NCBI GenBank assembly: GCA_963729715.1
Contig: CAVSPA010000004.1
Coordinates: forward strand, 320,001 to 384,000
Length of the DNA: 64,000 bases
Source: an uncultured delta proteobacterium
GTDB lineage: Bacteria > Desulfobacterota > Syntrophia > Syntrophales > UBA2185
Reading direction: 5' to 3'
Every line of letters starts with the position of its first letter. Positions within the stretch are counted from its first letter, which is position 1. This document shows, piece by piece, positions 56,980 through 64,000 of the stretch. The translations under genes and the position numbers were made by a program. Under the pieces are notes generated by a model that made no database searches, was not told the DNA's origin, and was given only the letters and a program-made list of their open reading frames with translations.

Positions 56980-59438
56980 ATGGACATGAAAACATTTGAA
57001 GTACCTGTGGAAAAGTTGCGCTGGCAGTGTGACCCGGCAATTTTTGACTTCGATTGCACGAATGATATGACCCCGTTGCGAGAGGTTATTGGACAGGACA
57101 GGACAGGGCCATCCGGGCCATACAGTTTGGCCTATCCATGGACCATGACGGCTACAATATTTTTGTCGCAGGCTTGACCGGGACAGGTAAGACCTCCATG
57201 ATTAAGACATACGTCGACCGACTTATCGCCAGTCGCGAGATAAGGCAAGGCTTCCATCCACACGACTGGGCCTATGTCTATAACTTCACGGATCCCGACC
57301 GTCCCCAGGCTATCAGCATGCCGCAAGGTGCCTGCAAGGAGTTTCGCAATAGAATTTTTAATCTGCTGAACCGCCTCAAGGAGGACCTGGCACGCGCTTT
57401 CTCCAGCGATCAGTATAAGAACAGCCACAAGAAGGTCATTGAAGATAGCCAGACAGAGCGGCAGCAGATACTCCAGGAAATCGGAGACGATACCCGCAAG
57501 CAGGGTTTTCTTCTCGAAATGACGCAGATGGGACCCGTCCTTGTCCCCCTCATCGATGGCCCTCCTATGGATAAGGCCGCATACATGAATCTCGATGAAT
57601 CTCTTCGGAGGGACCTTGATAAGCGACACGCCGAACTTCTGAAGAATGTGCAGACGACTTTCGAAAAGCTGCATGAGTTGCAGCATCATACCGTGCAAAA
57701 ACTGGCCGATGCCGATAAAGCCCTGGCGGATATGACCGTCACAAGGCTCTTCGATGCGCCTCTGGCTGATTACAAAGAACAACCCAAAATTATCCAGTAT
57801 CTGAATAATCTGAAGCAATACACCCTTGATAATCTTGATATCTTCAAGGGAGAAGAGGGAAAGGCGGCGACTCTCTTAGGCTTGCCCGGCAGCCAGATCA
57901 CGCAGGGCCGTGACCCTTATCTTCCGTTCCAGATCAATGTGTTCATTGATAACAGTGAAACCGAAGGGCCTCCCGTAATCACCGAGTCTAACCCCATCTA
58001 CCCTAACCTTTTCGGCAAGATGGAGCGAAGATTCCTTTTGGGCGGCTATCTCAGTGACCATACCATGCTGAAGCCGGGGGCAATCCATCGTGCGAACGGA
58101 GGCTACCTGCTTCTCAGCGCCGCTGAGGTTGTCACGAACATCGGCGTCTGGCCGGCACTGAAGCGCGCAATCCGTACCAAAGAAGTGGGAGTCGAGGATC
58201 CCTTTGAGCAATTCGGCTTGCTCGCTCCCCAGGGGATGAAGCCCGAGCCTATACCCATTGAAACCAAAATATTCCTCATCGGCGACCCCGTCATACATCA
58301 GTTGCTCGCGATGTACGATGACGAGTTTTGGGAACTCTTCCGAGTGAAAGCTGACTTTGACTATGAAGTGCAGAAAGCCAGGGACAACCTGATGGCCTTC
58401 GCCGCCTTCATTTCAGGTTGCTGCGAGGACTGCCAAATCCGCCACTTCGACCGCACGGGCGTGGCCAAGGTTATAGAATTTACATCGCGCATGGTGAGTG
58501 ATCAGCAGAAGCTGTCATCCCGTTTTTCCCAGATCCGGGAGCTCGTACTTGAGGCGGAACATTGGGCGCAGAAGGATGGCGCGGAACTGGTTGGCGCCAA
58601 GCATGTAGAGCAGGCTCTCGAGGAGCGACGCTTCCGTCATAACCTACCTGATGAACGGATCAAGGAAATGATGGAGCGCGGCACAATAATGATTGATACT
58701 GACGGCGACGTCGTCGGCCAGGTCAACGGATTAAGCGTCTACAGTCTCGGCGATGTCGCCTTCGGCAAACCATCGCGTATCACATGCCGCACCTTCCTCG
58801 GACGGCAGGGCATAATCAACATAGAACGCGAATCCCGGCTCAGCGGCCCGATTCACAATAAGGGCGTGTTAATACTGAACGGCTACGTGGGATCGAGATT
58901 CGCTCAGGATTTCCCGCTATCTCTTTCCGCGAGCCTCTGCTTTGAACAGTCATACGAAGGTGTCGAAGGTGACGGCGCTTCATCTACGGAGTTATATGCC
59001 CTGCTTTCGAGCCCGGCAGACGTGCCAATAGAACAACACATCGCGGTAACCGGTTCGGTGAACCAGAAGGGTGAGCTCCAGCCGATAGGCGCTGTCAATC
59101 AGAAGATCGAGGGCTTCATCGGCATCTGCAAGACAAAGGGACGCACCGGTCACCAGAGTGTGATGATACCAACCCGGAATCTAGATAATCTCATGCTGCG
59201 ACAGGAAGTCATTGATGCCGTCAAAGCCGGTCAATTCCACATCTGGGCCGTCAGCACTATAGATGAAGGAATTGAAATCCTGACCGGCATACCGATGGGA
59301 CGGCTTGTAGGCGGACCTTTCCCGGAGAATACGATAAGCTTCAGGGTGGACCGGACACTACGGCAGATGGGCATGAAGCTTAAGCAGTTTGGCGGCGCAG
59401 GCGTGGAGATGGCGGACGAGCAGAACAGGGACTCCTGA
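56980..59438 (+). pseudogene. LonC/LonB-like S16 protease, frameshifted
   Basis: N-terminus (LRWQCDP...IGQDR) out of frame by an extra GGACA unit at 57091-57105; GLTGTGKT, HRANGGYL; EGDGAS instead of EGDSAS. Confidence 0.85.
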
Positions 59439-59491
59439 TCTCTTTGGTCCAAGGGGAAAAGTTTGAAACACGGTTGTAACGGAGGCATTAT

Positions 59492-60478
59492 ATGCAAAAA
59501 CCTTATCTCATAATAGCACTGTTCGTTTTGATTTTTGTCACTGCGTGCGGGGGACCCAGAATCAAACTCTTCAGCGATGCAGGAGACCCCCTGAAAGAAT
59601 ACACCCTTGAAGGCAGAGGTTCAGATAAGATACTGCTGATTCCCGTGCACGGAATAATCACAGACACGCCGAAAGAAAGGTTTCTCGCCCAGTCGCAGAG
59701 TATGGTCGAGAATGTTCTATCGCAGTTACAGAAAGCCGAAAATGACGACCGTATTAAGGCTGTTCTGTTAGAGATCAATTCGCCCGGCGGCACGATCACC
59801 GCGAGTGATCTTCTTTATCATGAAATCTCCTCTTTCAAAGAACGGACGGGCAAGAAGATTGCTGTTTCCATGATGGATATCGCGACTTCCGGCGCCTACT
59901 ACGTGTCTCTCCCTGCAGATATCATCACGGCACACCCGACAACAGTCACGGGCTCTGTCGGGGTTCTCTTCCTTCAGCCGAAGATAGCCGGCCTTATGGA
60001 GAAAATCGGCCTTAGTGTGGACGTGAAAAAATTCGGAAAGAACAAAGATATGGGTACTCCCTTCAGAGAGAGCAGCGAGGAAGAGCAAAGACTTTTGCAA
60101 AAATTGGTAGATGATATGGGAGAGCGTTTTATACGCCTCGTACAAAAACACCGCAAGCCTGACCAACACGCACTAACTGAAATTTCTACTGCCCGCATTT
60201 TCTTGGCCGACGAGGCCCTGAAGCTGGGATTGGTGGATAAGATTTGCTATTTGAGTGATGCAGTGAGAGAGTCAAAACAATTGGCAGGACTCCCCACAGA
60301 TGCCAGAGTTGTTGTTTACAGACGGACGGAGTTCCCGGATGATAACTACTATAATACGTCGACTGCCGCGTCAGAAGGCTTACACGTCCCTGCTGTAAAC
60401 ATTGAACTGCCTGAAATATTCGTCCTTAAGACGGGTTTTTATTATCTTTGGCCAGGAGCGGTTTCCGTGGAGCAATAA
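59492..60478 (+). CDS. sppA: Signal peptide peptidase SppA (S49, short type), lipoprotein
   Basis: VTAC lipobox, INSPGG, ATSGAYY, TGSVGV. Confidence 0.9.
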   Translation: MQKPYLIIALFVLIFVTACGGPRIKLFSDAGDPLKEYTLEGRGSDKILLIPVHGIITDTPKERFLAQSQSMVENVLSQLQKAENDDRIKAVLLEINSPGGTITASDLLYHEISSFKERTGKKIAVSMMDIATSGAYYVSLPADIITAHPTTVTGSVGVLFLQPKIAGLMEKIGLSVDVKKFGKNKDMGTPFRESSEEEQRLLQKLVDDMGERFIRLVQKHRKPDQHALTEISTARIFLADEALKLGLVDKICYLSDAVRESKQLAGLPTDARVVVYRRTEFPDDNYYNTSTAASEGLHVPAVNIELPEIFVLKTGFYYLWPGAVSVEQ

Positions 60479-60545
60479 ATATCATTTAGCTGTACCGCAC
60501 GCGGTAGAGACAATCTGCATACGGAAGTTGGTTCAGGCCGACACC

Positions 60546-60761
60546 TCATGCACGCGGGTCGTCTCTCTCCCACCTCTTAAGCCCTTTGTATGAAGGGTCC
60601 TTATCAGGTCGCTCAACTTTCGCCATCTGACCTTTCTTGATCACTTCATATAATTTCTCTATGTAGGGCTCATCATTGTTTATGATAAAATAATTTCTAC
60701 CCGGTTTCATTTCTCTTATCATTTTGTCTGAAGCCCCCTCTCGATTATTGCCTGCCTTCAT
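60546..60761 (-). CDS. Small hypothetical protein, possibly a degraded fragment
   Basis: 71-aa ORF, YFIINNDEPY segment looks protein-like. Confidence 0.35.
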   Translation of the reverse strand: MKAGNNREGASDKMIREMKPGRNYFIINNDEPYIEKLYEVIKKGQMAKVERPDKDPSYKGLKRWERDDPRA

Positions 60762-61228
60762 TGTCGTTCATCGTTATGATCCATCCGACGTCTTGATCTA
60801 TAGGGCGACTGTGCCAGAATTCCCCTACATTTTGTGTTTAGCCATTTGATACTGGTCGATTGAAAGAGTAATAGATAAAGAAATACTTTTCAATGAGGGT
60901 ATAATGTTAGCACATTAGCAGGCAATGCCTGCTATATCCCGAATATCGTGCTTTTCCAAAGGGCTCGCATAACTCAGTCCAACAGGCAGGCCGTGCTCTA
61001 TTCTACTCGCAGCTAAACTCTCCTGTCCACAAAGGAGCTAGCTAAAAATAATTCTTTTTATTCTTTTCCGCATGACAAACGATATCTTTTTCGATTGAGA
61101 ATTGCGATTCCTTGTGTGAAAAAAGGTGAATATATGATAATTAATAATACACGGATTAAGATTATCTATACGCAGACGGCACTATCCCATCCTGCAGGGA
61201 AAGATTATGTTTATGGGAGGTTTGGCAA

Positions 61229-62065
61229 TTGAATAGATTTCCTTTCCTAATTTTAATGCTTTATTCTTTGTCTTACGTAGGGTGCGCGACAACCATAGAT
61301 CTGCAAGAGGTTCAGCGAGAGCTAGACACGGATATTCGCGCCCTCAAGGAAGAAAACGCCGGCATTCGCAAGGATGCACAAAATAATGATCAGACGATGA
61401 CTGAATTACGCGAGAGGATCGCCGATATTGCGGCCGACATTACCGAGATCAGAGAAGACATGGAGAGCCTAAGGGGAGATCGTGAAGTGGTGGGAAAAGG
61501 GGAGTCTGACATAAGAGCGGAGTTTCTTCGCAGAGAAACGGAATTCGGCGATATGAAGAACATGCTTGGTCAACTCTCATCCCGTATGAATGTCATAGAC
61601 AGTCTCCTGGAGATTGGAGGCAGCGCCAATCAAGCGCCACTCGGACAAACGGTCCCCGGCGAAGATATGAAGAAGGCCACGACCGCCAAGACGGAGGAAG
61701 AATTGGCATATGACTCTGCCTATGAAGCCTTCAAGGAAGAAAAGTATGCGAAGGCCCGAGAAGGGTTTCAAGATTTTCTCAAGAAATATCCAAACCAGGA
61801 GTATTCTGATAGCGCCCAATTCTGGATTGGCGAGAGTTACTATTTTGAAAGGAGATATGAACAGGCGATCCTCGAATACGAGAAAGTTATAAAAAATTAT
61901 CCGCAGGGTAGCAAGGTGCCTAACGCCTTACTCAAACAGGGGTTTTCTTTTCTGAATCTCGGCGATAAGTCAAGTGCGAAACTCCTTCTCGAGCAGGTGG
62001 CGAAAGATTATCCCAGCACAAGTCAGGCGCGAATGGCAAGGGCGAAGCTTGCGGAAATTAAGTAG
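61229..62065 (+). CDS. cpoB: Tol-Pal system YbgF/CpoB-like lipoprotein
   Basis: YVGC lipobox, coiled coil, AQFWIGESYY, KVPNALLKQG TPRs. Confidence 0.85.
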   Translation: MNRFPFLILMLYSLSYVGCATTIDLQEVQRELDTDIRALKEENAGIRKDAQNNDQTMTELRERIADIAADITEIREDMESLRGDREVVGKGESDIRAEFLRRETEFGDMKNMLGQLSSRMNVIDSLLEIGGSANQAPLGQTVPGEDMKKATTAKTEEELAYDSAYEAFKEEKYAKAREGFQDFLKKYPNQEYSDSAQFWIGESYYFERRYEQAILEYEKVIKNYPQGSKVPNALLKQGFSFLNLGDKSSAKLLLEQVAKDYPSTSQARMARAKLAEIK

Positions 62066-62375
62066 TCGGCAAAATCCGGAGTACCGTAACAGAAGTTGCG
62101 AAATTCGCCGCCGTTGGCGATGCCTCCCCGAAAGAAAAACATCGCCGGAATCGCCCCCTCATTCGCCCAAGGAGACCCGGCGCTCATCTTTAGCGTCTGC
62201 CGTGACGCATCCTGTGATGTTTTCCACTCGTCATTTCATCAATTTCTTGTCTCCTGTGCAGATAGTTCTCTCTCGAGGAATAAAAATGGCAGAAGTCTGA
62301 TGCAAAATGTGGTACAGTCGGTTGCAATGACGGAGCCGCAGACGGGCTCAAAACTGGAGAAAGGAAATACGCAAT

Positions 62376-64000
62376 ATGGTCCAGACTAATTCATCGCTTC
62401 CCTCCGATTTTATCAGGGATATCATAGAGGACGACATAAAAACCAACAAATATAAGGGACGTGTGGCCACCCGGTTCCCCCCGGAGCCCAACGGATATCC
62501 CCATATCGGGCATGCCAAGTCCATCTGCCTTAATTTTGGTATCGCCGCCCAATATAGTGGTACATGCAATCTGCGCATGGACGACACAGACCCAACCGGC
62601 GAGAGTATGGAATATGTGAATGCCATCATTCGGGATGTCAAGTGGCTGGGCTTCGACTGGGAAGATCGTCTATACTATGCATCAGACTACTATGAAAAAC
62701 TTTACCAATATGCACTGCAGCTTATAAAGATGGGCAAGGCCTTTGTTTGCAGTCTGAGTGCCGATGAGATTCGTCAGTACCGCGGCACTTTCACGGAACC
62801 GGGCAAAGAAAGCCCTTACCGAAATAGAACCATTGAAGAGAACCTGGATCTGTTCGAACGCATGCGGGCGGGAGAGTTTCCCGATGGGACCCATGTCCTG
62901 CGCGCAAAGATTGACATGGCATCGCCCAATATTACCATGCGTGACCCGGTCATGTACCGCATTAAGAAGGAGACGCATTATAGAACCGGCGATGCCTGGT
63001 GCATTTACCCCATGTATGACTTCGCTCATTGTCTTTCGGACTCCATCGAGGGAATTACACATTCTATTTGCACTCTCGAGTTTGAAAACAATCGCCCTCT
63101 TTATGATTGGTTTCTTGACGAATTGAAAGTGCAACATCAACCTCAGCAGATCGAATTCGCCCGTCTCAACCTCAGCTATACAATAATGAGTAAACGCAAG
63201 CTTCTCGAATTAGTCGAAAGAAAGCTCGTCAACGGCTGGGATGACCCCCGCATGCCTACCATAGCAGGCATGCGCAGACGGGGTTACACCCCGGAGGCCA
63301 TACGGAGCTTCTGTGAGCGCATAGGCGTTGCCAAGAATGATAGCATCGTTGATATGGCCCTCCTTGAACACTGCGTGAGGGAGGATCTGAATGAAAAGGC
63401 CCTGCGCGTCATGGCTGTTCTCAGACCGCTGCGCGTCGTAATTGACAATTACCCGGAAGGCCGGGTTGAGGAGTTTGACTGTCCCTACCATCCCAAGAAT
63501 GCCGACATGGGCTCCCGCAAAGTACCCTTCTCGCGCGAGCTCTACATCGACACTGGTGACTTTTTGGAGAATCCGCCCAAGAAGTTTTACCGCCTCTCCC
63601 CCGGCAGGGAGGTTCGTTTGCGCTACGGCTACTTTATAAAGTGTGTGCGCGTTGTTAAGGATGAACGCACGGGAGAGGTAATTGAATTGCACTGTACATA
63701 CGACCCGGAGACGCGCAGCGGATTTGCCCCCGACGGACGGAAAGTCGACGCAACCATCCACTGGGTGTCGGCGCTGCATGCCCTTCCGGCCCAAGTCCGC
63801 CTCTATGACCGTCTCTTCCGTGTCGCCGATCCTCTTGCACAAGAGTCTGACATGACTCTCTCACTAGACCAGAAATCCCTCGAGATTCTCCAATCATGCC
63901 AAGTAGAGCCAAGCATGGCGGCCGCCAACCCTGGAGGACCTTTCCAGTTTGAAAGGGTCGGCTATTTCTGCGTGGATTCCGTTGATTCTGCCGATAAAGC
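62376..64000 (+). CDS. glnS: Glutaminyl-tRNA synthetase; runs off window
   Basis: Hand translation: [47 protein letters not shown]. Confidence 0.95.
   Translation, partial: MVQTNSSLPSDFIRDIIEDDIKTNKYKGRVATRFPPEPNGYPHIGHAKSICLNFGIAAQYSGTCNLRMDDTDPTGESMEYVNAIIRDVKWLGFDWEDRLYYASDYYEKLYQYALQLIKMGKAFVCSLSADEIRQYRGTFTEPGKESPYRNRTIEENLDLFERMRAGEFPDGTHVLRAKIDMASPNITMRDPVMYRIKKETHYRTGDAWCIYPMYDFAHCLSDSIEGITHSICTLEFENNRPLYDWFLDELKVQHQPQQIEFARLNLSYTIMSKRKLLELVERKLVNGWDDPRMPTIAGMRRRGYTPEAIRSFCERIGVAKNDSIVDMALLEHCVREDLNEKALRVMAVLRPLRVVIDNYPEGRVEEFDCPYHPKNADMGSRKVPFSRELYIDTGDFLENPPKKFYRLSPGREVRLRYGYFIKCVRVVKDERTGEVIELHCTYDPETRSGFAPDGRKVDATIHWVSALHALPAQVRLYDRLFRVADPLAQESDMTLSLDQKSLEILQSCQVEPSMAAANPGGPFQFERVGYFCVDSVDSADK

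Noticed and set aside
62070..62375. T-box or ncRNA upstream of glnS
   Set aside because: GC-rich hairpins exist (GGCGATG/CATCGCC) but there is no UGGNACC T-box bulge or terminator

Overview
Bacterial chromosomal window, probably from an anaerobic deltaproteobacterium/Desulfobacterota-like syntroph (inferred from gene content; no marker gene proves it). Contents: (i) three exported TPR-CHAT (caspase-like) proteases and a signal-peptide caspase(C14)-HtrA-PDZ fusion next to a site-2 protease; (ii) a sigma54-controlled catabolic operon with two divergent AbfD-type (4-hydroxybutyryl-CoA dehydratase family) genes, a CoA-transferase, SDR, thiolase and MFS, opposite its GAF-PAS-AAA+ activator; (iii) a TetR-led HAAT-type ABC transporter/acyl-CoA ligase/MaoC/OYE cluster with a duplicated binding protein; (iv) a relic zone (thiolase, OYE and activator fragments) and an IS200; (v) accessory redox, transport and protease genes, an Nramp-related Mg transporter locus with a long structured leader, sppA, cpoB-like and partial glnS. 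The ORF track misses three genes with an in-frame TGA at a conserved Cys position, each followed by a SECIS-like hairpin: a C_GCAxxG_C_C protein, an OsmC-like protein and an AhpC/TSA protein. The last has tandem TAG-TGA codons in its active-site motif. A second in-frame TAG interrupts a Cys-rich secreted protein. No rRNA, tRNA or CRISPR array was seen.
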